A stretch of DNA of 64,000 nt, from the NCBI GenBank assembly GCA_965246885.1, contig OZ251992.1, positions 480,001-544,000 on the forward strand, written 5' to 3'. Below, piece after piece: positions 37,993 to 46,725 of the stretch. Position 1 is the stretch's first letter, and every line of letters starts with the position of its first letter. The translations under genes were made by a program, and so were the position numbers. The notes under the pieces are model-generated. The model searched no databases. It was not told where the DNA came from and was given only the letters and a program-made list of their open reading frames with translations. The DNA comes from Abditibacterium sp. (GTDB taxonomy: Bacteria; Armatimonadota; Abditibacteriia; Abditibacteriales; Abditibacteriaceae).

Positions 37993-38922
37993 TTACGCGA
38001 GCCACGCGGCGCGCACCGCTTCGAGTTGCGCCATTTGCGGGGGCGAGATGGCGCCGCTCCAAAGGGTGCTGGTTTGACCGTTGAGGCCGCGCTTGACGTT
38101 CAGTTCGCCTGTTGCGCAACCGGGGCACTTGGTGTACACGACATCGCAGTAAGATTTCTCGGTGGCGCCTTGGGTGGGCAGATCACTCAAGGCGGTGAAA
38201 TCGCCCCCTGCCGCGATGCGCGCTGCTTGGGTGGCTTGCCCCGGTAGCGCGCGCAGGGCGGTCAGTTCCACGCCGTGCCACTGGTCGCAAGCGGCGCAAA
38301 ATGGCGTGCCCGCTTGTTTGGCGGCCACGCTCCACGCGCCGCCGCAGATGAGCAGGGCTTTGAACAGGGTGAACATCCAGAACGCCCCGCCAGTGATGGC
38401 GGAGCGGTGCGAGGACGAGGAGTAGCTGCTGGAGCTTTTGAGGGTGGTGCCGTGTCTGCCGAGGAAGCGCACGTAAAGCGGCAAGAAGCGCGCGGGGGAA
38501 TAAAGGCGCCGCAGCGCCGCCTCGATGCGCGGGGCTGTTGCCGGGTTGCCCGCGCTCCACTTGGCGGTGCGTGCGGCGATGAACACTTCGCGCATATGGA
38601 GGGCATCGCTCGCCCAGCGCGCGCCAAAGCAGGCGAACCCGCCCGCAACGGCGAGGGTGAGCAAAAGCGGCTTAGAGCGCACTTTGTGCTTTTTGGCGCT
38701 CGAAGCCAACACGCCGCCCACGCACATTCCCGCCACCAGTGGGAAGATAATGAACAAGTCCAAGGCGCGCCCGATGAAGTGATACACCACTCCTATAAGG
38801 ATGGCGGCGGGCAAAACCGGCCACAATCCCAGCACGCGCGCAAGCGTGGAAGCAGGGCGCGGCGCGTTCCCGAACGCGCCGGGCGTCGAAAGCAGCGAAG
38901 ACGAGGAAAACGGTGATTCCAT
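37993..38922 (-). CDS. Hypothetical membrane protein with C-terminal CxxC pairs
   Basis: About 4 TM helices; PFCAACDQW and CPGC. Confidence 0.75.
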   Translation of the reverse strand: MESPFSSSSLLSTPGAFGNAPRPASTLARVLGLWPVLPAAILIGVVYHFIGRALDLFIIFPLVAGMCVGGVLASSAKKHKVRSKPLLLTLAVAGGFACFGARWASDALHMREVFIAARTAKWSAGNPATAPRIEAALRRLYSPARFLPLYVRFLGRHGTTLKSSSSYSSSSHRSAITGGAFWMFTLFKALLICGGAWSVAAKQAGTPFCAACDQWHGVELTALRALPGQATQAARIAAGGDFTALSDLPTQGATEKSYCDVVYTKCPGCATGELNVKRGLNGQTSTLWSGAISPPQMAQLEAVRAAWLA

Positions 38923-38943
38923 GAGCAGGGAAACTCCAATGCC

Positions 38944-38987
38944 AAAAGAAAAGCGAGACCGGGCGAAGTAGCCTTTCACTCGGCCTC
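38944..38987 (-). terminator. Probable intrinsic terminator ending the ncRNA/defence transcript
   Basis: GAGGCCGAGTGAA...TTCGCCCGGTCTC followed by GCTTTTCTTTT on the minus strand. Confidence 0.6.
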
Positions 38988-39332
38988 TGGTGCCGCGATT
39001 TCGGTCGCCGATGGCGTTTAAGGGAGCGCTGAAGTTGAAATCACACGTCGTATCACTTGACTACCCCTCCGAGTAAGTGGGTGTCTGGCGGAGGGGGGAG
39101 GAATCAAACCTCCGTTTTGTGAGACAGGCACTTCCATTGGATCCGGCGAGCGCGGCGAATACTCAACTTGCGAGGAACACCTTGAATTTGAAACCAGCCG
39201 AATCCGTTGATTCGTGCGTCTGCCATTTCGCCATCCGCGCGTGAAAATCGAAGTGCGCGGAGCAGGACTCGAACCTGCACGCCGGGTTGTTTCAAGTTGA
39301 TCTTGAACTTGAGCTTGCCTCGCAGAAGATTT
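38944..39332 (-). ncRNA. Putative large structured ncRNA with two circularly permuted tRNA-like modules (YrlA/Y-RNA-like topology); boundaries approximate
   Basis: Module 1: T-arm GCAGG-TTCGAGT-CCTGC, closed acceptor TCCGCGC/GCGCGGA, D-arm TGGCGAAATGGCAGACGC. Module 2: GGAGG-TTTGATT-CCTCC, CCCTCCG/CGGAGGG, TAGTCAAGTGATACGAC. Enclosing stems plus a terminal hairpin and U-tract. Confidence 0.75.
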
Positions 39333-39354
39333 TACCGGATGGGGTGGCGGCGCG

Positions 39355-40086
39355 CTACCGGAATAAATACCCGAACAGCGCATCTCCCACTTTTTTCTCG
39401 TCGGCTTCGATGCCGTTGGCTTGTTCGCGCGAGAACTTGACGGCTTGGGAGAGCTTTTCCAAGCGGTCTAACAGTTCGCGTTTGCGCGGGATGGGCAGGG
39501 CGCCGGACTGCTTGACGGTGTCCCAGTAGCCCACGACGACATCCTCGGTGATGAGTTGCGTTTGCGCGGGGTGTTTGTCGGTGGCCTCGTACAAGACGAC
39601 GGGGCGCTGCACTTTTTTGGTGCGCTGCGTGGCGATGGAAGCGGTTTTGAACAGCCCGGAGTTGGGGTCGCTTTGCCACTCGTCGGCGGGGTCGAGCGTG
39701 GGGAGCTTGTCCACGAACGTGTGCAAGTCGGTCAGTTGCTTTTCGAGAAACAGCAGGAACGGGATGGGCGCTTGCGCAATAAGCGTTTGTCCGTCCACCA
39801 CAACGTCAGCAAAGGCGAGGCAGTTGGCGAAGTCCTTGGTCGCCGAAACGTCGAACATTTCGGTGAGGAGTTTGGAAACTTGGGCCAGCACCTCGTTCGC
39901 TTCGAGTTGGACGCGCTTGGTTTCGGGCGGGTAGTCCTCGCCTTCTTCGTCGCGCTTGCGGTAGTTCTTCGAGAAGCCGGTGAACAGGTCGGCTTTTTGG
40001 GACGCCTTGTGCAGTTCGGTGAAATCGCCGTAGACGCGCGACTTGACCGACTTTTCAACGGCCACGATTTGGTTGAGTTTGGGCAT
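39355..40086 (-). CDS. Uncharacterised protein (KLNQIVAVEK N-terminus; DUF7873-like from memory), directly upstream of the tRNA-like ncRNA
   Basis: 243-aa ORF with normal codon usage; helical N- and C-termini around a central beta-rich segment (TQRTKKVQRPVVLYEATDKHPAQTQLITEDVVVGYW). Confidence 0.85.
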   Translation of the reverse strand: MPKLNQIVAVEKSVKSRVYGDFTELHKASQKADLFTGFSKNYRKRDEEGEDYPPETKRVQLEANEVLAQVSKLLTEMFDVSATKDFANCLAFADVVVDGQTLIAQAPIPFLLFLEKQLTDLHTFVDKLPTLDPADEWQSDPNSGLFKTASIATQRTKKVQRPVVLYEATDKHPAQTQLITEDVVVGYWDTVKQSGALPIPRKRELLDRLEKLSQAVKFSREQANGIEADEKKVGDALFGYLFR

Positions 40087-40113
40087 ATGGGGTTCGCCTT
40101 TGAAATCTGCGCT

Positions 40114-43100
40114 TTAGTGTGACGGCGTGGCGCGGGCTTGGATGTCGCGCAGGATGGCGGCGAGTTGGTCGGCGCCCGATGGGAAAAGGCCCAACGCGCC
40201 GGAGGGGTGGGCGTGGGTAAACGGTTGGGCGATGAGTTGCCCCGGTTCGACGATGCCGTTTTGCGCGAGCAGGTCGAGGAGTTGGCCAATGAAATCCATC
40301 TGCGCCGCCGTGAAAGTGGCGCCGTCCAAGAAGGCGCCGAAAGCCTTTTTTGCTGCCGCGCGGTCGAGGCCCACGACGGAGCGCACGAATTCGCCCAGCT
40401 TGGGTTGCGGGCCAAAGTACGCCTCGTAGTCGGCGCGCGAGGGGAAGCCGGACGCGCCGAAAATCATCTCGTCCAAGAGCGCCCACTCGTCGGGCGCGAG
40501 CGGCTCGTTCTCGTGCAGTTTGCGAATGGCGGGGTGGTGTCGCTGCGACTCTATCCAAGCGCGGACGCGCTTGCGATAGTCTACGAAGGCAGGCGAAGGC
40601 GCAAGTCCGGCGTGTTCGACGAGTCGCACGTTCGAGTCCTCAAAGTCGGTGTACACCGGCAGGCGTGCGCTTTTGTCGGCGAAACCGACGAGGTCGCGCA
40701 TCCCCCGGCGCAGCGTTTCAAGAGCCGGGAGGGAAGCGTTTCGCCACCATTCGTCCTCCGTGACTTCCACGAGGAGCGGCTCCTTCGCGCGGACATCGGG
40801 GAGGGTGGCGGCTTTTTCGAGCAGGTTCTGCGCGAGGTCGCGCACCTCCTTTTGTAAGGGCGCCCACTCCTTCGAGGCGTGCAACAGCGCGAGTTGCAAG
40901 CGCAAGCACGTCAGGTCGAAGCGGCGCGCGAGCGGCTCATCGGAGGGCAGTTCGGTCGGGAGCGCGGCGAGGTGCGCTTTGATTTCGTCCGCGTCGGTGT
41001 CGGAGATGGTCTCCCAACGCGCGCGGTCGTTCCAGCGCTCAACTTGGCGCCCATGCGCCCGCACCACGAAGTTGTCGCGGTTCATGGCCGCAACCTCGGC
41101 GTGCAGGGCGTCCGCCCACTCGCGGCGCAACTCCGCCAACTCCGGCCCCATCTGTCCCGTCAGGCGCAGTAGTTCGACGCGCCGCTCAAAGATGCGCTGG
41201 TCTAAACCCACTTGGGCGGGCGCCTCGATGCCTTCGGGCTTGGCCTCGAAAAATTCCAAGTTGCCGCAAAAATCGAAGACGAAGAACTCCCTTTTATCTA
41301 CGCCCACGTCCAATAGGTCAGGGCACAAGCGCGTGCCGCGTCCGATCATCTGGGCGAACTTGGTCTTGGAACGCACCGGTTTGAAGAACACGAGGTTGAC
41401 GATTTCGGGCACGTCTATGCCGGTGTCGAGCATGTCCACCGAGATGGCGATGGTCGGCTGCTTGTTGGGGGTGGAGAAGGCGTCAATGAGCGACTGCGCG
41501 CCGGTGATCTCGCTGTGAATGACGGACGCGAAGTGCCCCGCATAGCTGGGATAAGCGAGGTTGAACCGCTCGCAAATGAACTCGGCATGCTTTTGGTTGC
41601 GCGCGAAGATGATGGTCTTGCCCAACTGCGCGCCGCCGCCCACCTTGAGGCCGCTCGTCATCAGGGTTTTGAGGACTTTGTCCACCGTGTCGGCGTTGAA
41701 CAGCCACGCATTGACGGCGGCGGAGGGCACTTCGTCGGGGGCGCCCTCCTCGCCCCATTCGCGCTCGTCCCACTCGGCTTTCTCTTCGTCGGGCAACTGC
41801 GCGTATTTGATGCCCTCCATCGGGAACTTCAAGTGCCCCGCGAACAGCTTCGCCGGAACGAGGAATCCGTCGCTGACGGCTTCTTCCATCTCGTAAAAGG
41901 AAGTGGGGGCGCCCTTTTTGAGGTCGAAGAGTTTGTAGGTGTCCTTGTCCACTTCGTCGCGCGGCGTGGCGGTGAGGCCGAGCAGCAGGGAGTCGAAATA
42001 CTCGAAAATGGCGCCGTATTTCTGGTAAACACTCCGGTGCGCCTCGTCCACGACGACTAAATCGAAGTGCCCGACGCCAAAGCGCCGCGCGGCGTCGGCA
42101 TCCTTGCCTTCGATGAGGTTCATCATCGTCGGATAGGTGCAACACAACACGCGCGCGCCCGTCTCGGCCTTGTCCTCGACCAAGTTCTGCGGCGATGAGG
42201 AGGGCAGATGCTTCTTAAATTGCTTCCACGCTTGATCTACGAGCGCCTTTCTGTCGGCCAGAAACAACACCCGCTTTGCCCATCCCGCGTTCATCAGCAT
42301 GTCCACGAGCGCGATGGTGGTACGCGTTTTTCCCGTCCCGGTCGCCATGACGAGCAAGCCTTTGCGGTGCCTGTTTTCGAGATGCTCGCCCCACGCCCGA
42401 ATCGCGCGGGTTTGATAGGCGCGGCCGGCGATGCTCTGGTTAATCGCCACACTTCCGAGCGCCACCCGCGTCGTCCGTTGCCCGACCAGCCGCTCCAACT
42501 CGGCCTTCGAGTAAAAGCCTTGAACCTGTCGCGGCGGGTAGCCGTTGCCCTCGTCCCACAGATAATGCTCATAGCCATTGGAATAGAACACGACGGGACG
42601 GCGCCCGAACTTGGCCGCGAGGCAGTCGGCGTATTGCCGCGCTTGCTCCTGCCCGTCGTGCGGCGACTTGCTCGCGCGCTTGGCTTCGACGACCGCGAGC
42701 GGCAACCCGTCGTCGCCCCACAGGACGTAATCCACGCGTCCGTTGCCCGATTCGCTCGGCATCCCCTCGACGGGAAACTCGCGGTCGCGCGGGTCGGCGA
42801 GCAGCCAACCGGCCTCGCGCAGCAGCACATCAATCAAAATCTCTCGCGTTTTGGCTTCGGAATAATCGTGGGTATCGGGCGTTTCGAGCGACTTCTTCTT
42901 GGCGAGCGCCAATTCCTGCCGAAGTTCTTCGATCTCGGCTTCGCTTTGCGAGAGGCGCGTGCGGTAATCCTCGCGCTCGCCCCGAAGCTGCTGCGCCAAC
43001 GCTTCGACCTGCGCCCGACTCGTCGCCACTACCTTACCAATCGAAGGCGGCAACTTTTGCGGCTCAAACGCGAGCGAGTCGGCGGGCTTTTGCTTCGCGT

Positions 43101-43464
43101 AAGTGCGCGCCACCCAGAAGAACAAATGGAACAACTCGCCCACGATGCTCCGCGCCAACTCGCCATCGGGCGGCAACGCGCCGTGAACCGCCTCGTTGCC
43201 CACGCGCTGCAGCAAGCGCGCTTTCTCGTGGACGGCTTTGGGGAAAAAGCGCAGCGCCCCCAATTCGCGTAGGTTGTCGCCGAGCGAATCATACGGCGTG
43301 GGCAGCGATTGGTCGTGGTCAAACAACCACTCCACGCCCACTTCGAGCGCCCGCCGCGCATAAAAACATGCCGCGCGCGGGTCGGAGTTCGCATAGTTCT
43401 CGGCAGTGCGCGCGGCAGCGAAAAGGTCGGGAAACTCCGTTTGAAGGAAGAGGAAATTGCTCAT
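40114..43464 (-). CDS. hsdR: Type I restriction endonuclease subunit R (EcoAI/EcoEI-like, DUF4145-type N-terminus)
   Basis: VDYVL..VEAKR nuclease, MATGTGKT, VDEAHRS, GLTATP, DMLDTGID, QMIGRGTR. Confidence 0.95.
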   Translation of the reverse strand: MSNFLFLQTEFPDLFAAARTAENYANSDPRAACFYARRALEVGVEWLFDHDQSLPTPYDSLGDNLRELGALRFFPKAVHEKARLLQRVGNEAVHGALPPDGELARSIVGELFHLFFWVARTYAKQKPADSLAFEPQKLPPSIGKVVATSRAQVEALAQQLRGEREDYRTRLSQSEAEIEELRQELALAKKKSLETPDTHDYSEAKTREILIDVLLREAGWLLADPRDREFPVEGMPSESGNGRVDYVLWGDDGLPLAVVEAKRASKSPHDGQEQARQYADCLAAKFGRRPVVFYSNGYEHYLWDEGNGYPPRQVQGFYSKAELERLVGQRTTRVALGSVAINQSIAGRAYQTRAIRAWGEHLENRHRKGLLVMATGTGKTRTTIALVDMLMNAGWAKRVLFLADRKALVDQAWKQFKKHLPSSSPQNLVEDKAETGARVLCCTYPTMMNLIEGKDADAARRFGVGHFDLVVVDEAHRSVYQKYGAIFEYFDSLLLGLTATPRDEVDKDTYKLFDLKKGAPTSFYEMEEAVSDGFLVPAKLFAGHLKFPMEGIKYAQLPDEEKAEWDEREWGEEGAPDEVPSAAVNAWLFNADTVDKVLKTLMTSGLKVGGGAQLGKTIIFARNQKHAEFICERFNLAYPSYAGHFASVIHSEITGAQSLIDAFSTPNKQPTIAISVDMLDTGIDVPEIVNLVFFKPVRSKTKFAQMIGRGTRLCPDLLDVGVDKREFFVFDFCGNLEFFEAKPEGIEAPAQVGLDQRIFERRVELLRLTGQMGPELAELRREWADALHAEVAAMNRDNFVVRAHGRQVERWNDRARWETISDTDADEIKAHLAALPTELPSDEPLARRFDLTCLRLQLALLHASKEWAPLQKEVRDLAQNLLEKAATLPDVRAKEPLLVEVTEDEWWRNASLPALETLRRGMRDLVGFADKSARLPVYTDFEDSNVRLVEHAGLAPSPAFVDYRKRVRAWIESQRHHPAIRKLHENEPLAPDEWALLDEMIFGASGFPSRADYEAYFGPQPKLGEFVRSVVGLDRAAAKKAFGAFLDGATFTAAQMDFIGQLLDLLAQNGIVEPGQLIAQPFTHAHPSGALGLFPSGADQLAAILRDIQARATPSH

Positions 43465-43470
43465 GGCGGG

Positions 43471-44157
43471 TTAAAAGAGTTTGTCGTCGCCGCACGCGGC
43501 GTCAAGGGCTTCGAGGAGGAGATGAACGTCGGTGCCGGGGTTGGCGGGCGGGGTTTGGGTCGAGTTGCCGCACAAACGCTTGGCTCGCCCGATGGCATCC
43601 CGAATGAGAGGGTGCAACAAGTCAAAATCGAAATCCTTTTTCCCGTAACCACGCCGCTCTGTGTTTTTCCACTTGGTGCGGATGTGCGATACGACCTCTT
43701 TACATCCCTTCCAAGGGGCAAGGACTTCCTCGGTGTGAAGCAAAATCCACAGCTCAAAGCATGGATTGGAAAACACAACAGAAAACGCTTGTTGGCTGCA
43801 AAGGGCAAGGGCGCGCTCCGTTCCCGTTCGGTGCCCTTTCTTGAAATGGTGGTCAACGTCCAGCACAATCCACACGTCGTCGCTGTCTTCCACTTCCAAC
43901 TGTTTGAGCGCGCGTTCCACCGTCTGAAGCGGGCTGGAAAGGTCGTGGGCGTCGCGCGATTGTTGGGGTGTCAGGGGCCGCAACGCCAACACGCGGATGT
44001 CGTCGCGCCCCTTGACCAACTCCTCGAAATAAATCGCTTCGCTGTGCCCGCCACAGGCAATAATGAAAAGCGGAATCGCTTCCGGCTCGGCTTCAACGGG
44101 CGCAACCTCTTTCGGGTCGCTCTGAGAAGACGGGCGAACTAACTCAGGACGCGGCAA
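43471..44157 (-). CDS. rloB: RloB family (TOPRIM-like) protein
   Basis: SEAIYF, VWIVLDVD, FSNPCFELWILLH, NPGTDVHLL; overlaps the ATPase stop. Confidence 0.85.
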   Translation of the reverse strand: MPRPELVRPSSQSDPKEVAPVEAEPEAIPLFIIACGGHSEAIYFEELVKGRDDIRVLALRPLTPQQSRDAHDLSSPLQTVERALKQLEVEDSDDVWIVLDVDHHFKKGHRTGTERALALCSQQAFSVVFSNPCFELWILLHTEEVLAPWKGCKEVVSHIRTKWKNTERRGYGKKDFDFDLLHPLIRDAIGRAKRLCGNSTQTPPANPGTDVHLLLEALDAACGDDKLF

Positions 44158-45538
44158 TGGCGTTCACCTCGCTCGCTTCCGCCGCGTTTTCATCCTCGTC
44201 TTCTTCCATCAAGGAAAACATCCGGTAGCTCAGTTCCGGCCCGCCGCCGCCGATGCGCCCCAACTCATACGCCTTTTCATACGAGCGGTCATTGCGAATC
44301 GGGTATTCGTTGAGCCGCTCCAACGTCGTGCGGTTCTGCTTTTTGCGCGCGAAGAAAATCTCGTCGCGGCGCAGGAGCAGCGAATCGAGCAGCGCCGTTT
44401 CGTGCGTCGTGAAAATCAGTTGGTTGCCCAAAACCGGCGACTGTTGCGCTAACTCCACCAAGCGCCGCGTGAGTTTGGGATGAAAGCGGCGCTCGATTTC
44501 GTCTATGACGAACACGGTCGGCGCATCTTTCATCCGAAACAGCCCCGCCAACAAGTGGATAAGGCGCTGCGTGCCAGATGACTCCCAATCAAGCGGGAAT
44601 TCCGCGTCGCTTCCATCGTCTTTCTTGTGGCAGGCCACCAACTCTAAAAACCACAACTGGCCCTCATCGTCTTTTTCGATTGCCGCCGGGGTGTAGTCTT
44701 TGAGCAGAGTAAGGCTCGTGCCCGGTTCGAGCGCGGCCAGTCGCTCTTCCAAATCATCGGGGTCTGCTTCAACCCACTCCTTTTTGAAAGGACGGCGCTT
44801 TGGCACTAAGCAATCAATTCCCGTGTCGGCAAACTTCAAAAACTCCGAAAGGAACTCCAAAAACTCCTGTCGTTTGTGAGCTACGGTTGCCAACGTTTCC
44901 ATTTTCGCCTCAGCATGGGCGATAACCAAAACCTCTCGAAACCACTCTTCCAAGGGTTTGATAGATTGGCTGTTGCTGTCTATAAAACGCCAAAGCACCA
45001 ACTCGTCTTCGGGCAAACGTCCGGGTTTTGTCGAGAGTTCGAGGAGTTGTGCCTCGTCTTTAGGGAGAGATTTCAAGAACGCTGGCCCCCACTTGACCTT
45101 CGTCTGTTTGTCTGCATCGGTTGTGCGCTCGAACCACTTCTGCTCTTTGCCGCCGTTTTGGTCTTGCACAAAAAGATACTCCTCGGCGACGCGCTGGCCG
45201 TTGACCTCGAAGCCGTAATTCCACAGCCGCGCCTCGTAAAGAAAAGACCAATGAAAGCCAGAAGGGCGTTCTATTTCGCCAGACAACCGAAAGCGAGAGC
45301 GTGCCCGAATAGTTGCCCCACGCTGACGCATAATCAAATCCCGCGCAAACCCCATCGCCAAAACCAAATTGCTCTTGCCCGCCGCGTTTGCGCCGTAGAT
45401 GGCGGCTGTTCGCACGGCGCTGTATTTTCCGAGCGCCATGACGTGCGAGGGGTGGTCTTTGTCGCCGCCTGCGCGCATCGAGAACGCGGTCGGCTCGTCG
45501 AAGGATTTGAAGTTGGAGGCGGTGAACTGAAGTAGCAT
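44144..45538 (-). CDS. rloA: RloA-like AAA_21/ABC-type ATPase
   Basis: MLLQFTASNFKSF, IYGANAAGKSN, ESSGTQRL, VIDEIE..HP, QLIFTTH, RRDEIFF. Confidence 0.85.
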   Translation of the reverse strand: MLLQFTASNFKSFDEPTAFSMRAGGDKDHPSHVMALGKYSAVRTAAIYGANAAGKSNLVLAMGFARDLIMRQRGATIRARSRFRLSGEIERPSGFHWSFLYEARLWNYGFEVNGQRVAEEYLFVQDQNGGKEQKWFERTTDADKQTKVKWGPAFLKSLPKDEAQLLELSTKPGRLPEDELVLWRFIDSNSQSIKPLEEWFREVLVIAHAEAKMETLATVAHKRQEFLEFLSEFLKFADTGIDCLVPKRRPFKKEWVEADPDDLEERLAALEPGTSLTLLKDYTPAAIEKDDEGQLWFLELVACHKKDDGSDAEFPLDWESSGTQRLIHLLAGLFRMKDAPTVFVIDEIERRFHPKLTRRLVELAQQSPVLGNQLIFTTHETALLDSLLLRRDEIFFARKKQNRTTLERLNEYPIRNDRSYEKAYELGRIGGGGPELSYRMFSLMEEDEDENAAEASEVNAIAAS

Positions 45539-45559
45539 GACACCCTAAAATATAAACGA

Positions 45560-45601
45560 AAACGCCCATCCGTGCGGGAAAACCGCAGTAGATGGGCGTT
45601 T
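45560..45601 (-). terminator. Stem-loop terminator after the 45622-46317 gene
   Basis: AAACGCCCATC...GATGGGCGTTT followed by T-rich sequence on the minus strand. Confidence 0.6.
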
Positions 45602-45621
45602 GTCGGCGGAATCGGCCCCCT

Positions 45622-46317
45622 TTACGCCAGTGTCGCTATGGTTTGGGTGAGGGACATTTTGCCGTCGCCTTGGATGCCGTCGGTTGACCATTCGACGGCG
45701 TAGTTGCGGACTTCGGAAATGTTGAGATTGGCGTTGGGGCGCGTGTCCACGTAGTGGGTGCCCGCGACTTTATCCAGCAGCGACAGTTGTTGTTCTCCCG
45801 CGCGCATCGAATAGATGAACACCATTTTCGCGCCGCCGCGCCGGAAGGTTAGCCCGACTTGGCCGTGCATCATCGGGTCGAGGCTCATAATTTCGGGCAC
45901 GACGGTGGAAACCGGCGCGAGGGGCACCAAGCCGAGCGCGATTTTTTCGGCGTCGCTGGCGGTGGGCAGAATCTTGACGTTGATGATTTGCGCCATGCGC
46001 TTGAAGATGCCGCTTTGCGCGACGGGCGGCGGTGTGGACGGCGTGAACGCGGGATATGGCTGGCCGCTCGGTGTGGCGTCGGTGTCGAGTTGGTCGGCGT
46101 ATGAGGTGACGGCTTTCGAGAAAGTGCGCGTGTAATTGACCAGCCCGACGCGCGCATAAGACAGCGCCATCGCCGAGTTGTGGATGTCGAGCAACTCTTC
46201 TTGCAGCAGGTTGAACTTGGTCGCAAAGGGCGGAATGGCCGTAGCGAAGTTGACGAGCCAGTTCATGCGGTCAATGCTGCCAACGGGCAGATACGGCGCG
46301 TAAAAGAAGGTGGACAT
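45622..46317 (-). CDS. Hypothetical protein, helical N-domain plus C-terminal FnIII/Ig-like beta domain
   Basis: YLP..WLVNF helical start, ALGL hinge, beta-rich C-terminus with YVDTRP..EVRNY. Confidence 0.75.
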   Translation of the reverse strand: MSTFFYAPYLPVGSIDRMNWLVNFATAIPPFATKFNLLQEELLDIHNSAMALSYARVGLVNYTRTFSKAVTSYADQLDTDATPSGQPYPAFTPSTPPPVAQSGIFKRMAQIINVKILPTASDAEKIALGLVPLAPVSTVVPEIMSLDPMMHGQVGLTFRRGGAKMVFIYSMRAGEQQLSLLDKVAGTHYVDTRPNANLNISEVRNYAVEWSTDGIQGDGKMSLTQTIATLA

Positions 46318-46376
46318 GGGTGTTGAGAACTCTCCGCCCCTTTGTATCCCTCATTTTGGGGCGTCGCGCTACTCTG

Positions 46377-46544
46377 GCGCGAGTTCGCGCGAGAGTCGCG
46401 CGGCTTCCCTCAAGAGCCGCGCGAGTTCGCGCGAGAGTCGCGCGGCTTCCCTCAAGAGTCGCGCGAGTTCGCGCGAGAGTCGCGCGAGTTCGCTCAAGAG
46501 CCGCGCGAGTTCGCGCGAGAGCCGCGCGAGTTCCTTCAAGAGTC
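46377..46544. repeat. 21-bp tandem array, 8 units with alternating A/B variants
   Basis: GCGCGAGTTCGCGCGAGAGTC alternating with GCGCGGCTTCCCTCAAGAGCC-type units. Confidence 0.92.
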
Positions 46545-46586
46545 GCGCGAAGCCCCGAAAAGGTGGGATTGAGCGTGAATTGTGTC

Positions 46587-46712
46587 CGGAGAACGCTTGG
46601 CGCAGCCGGATGCCGGGGATTTTAGTTCCCCGTTGGTGTGTGGGCTGGTGGAATCGGGGATATGAAATCCCCGGCATCCGGGCGCAAGCGCCCAAGCGTC
46701 CTGCCGGACGCG
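46587..46712. mobile_element. REP-doublet element, copy A
   Basis: CCGGATGCCGGGGATTTTA..spacer..GGGGATATGAAATCCCCGGCATCCGG, with flanks matching the reverse complement of 49909-50027. Confidence 0.8.
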
Positions 46713-46725
46713 GCACGAGGGCGCC

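Noticed and set aside
39041..39281. Canonical tRNA genes (Leu-like) or a prophage att remnant
   Set aside because: The arms are in permuted order (T before D), there is no anticodon arm or CCA end, and no integrase is nearby. Treated as a tRNA-mimic ncRNA instead.
39018..39383. 121-aa ORF over the ncRNA region
   Set aside because: No recognisable protein features, it overlaps the upstream gene, and the sequence is better explained by RNA structure.
46377..46544. CRISPR array (also considered for 53092-53238)
   Set aside because: Contiguous 21-bp units without unique 30-40-nt spacers, and no cas genes in the window.
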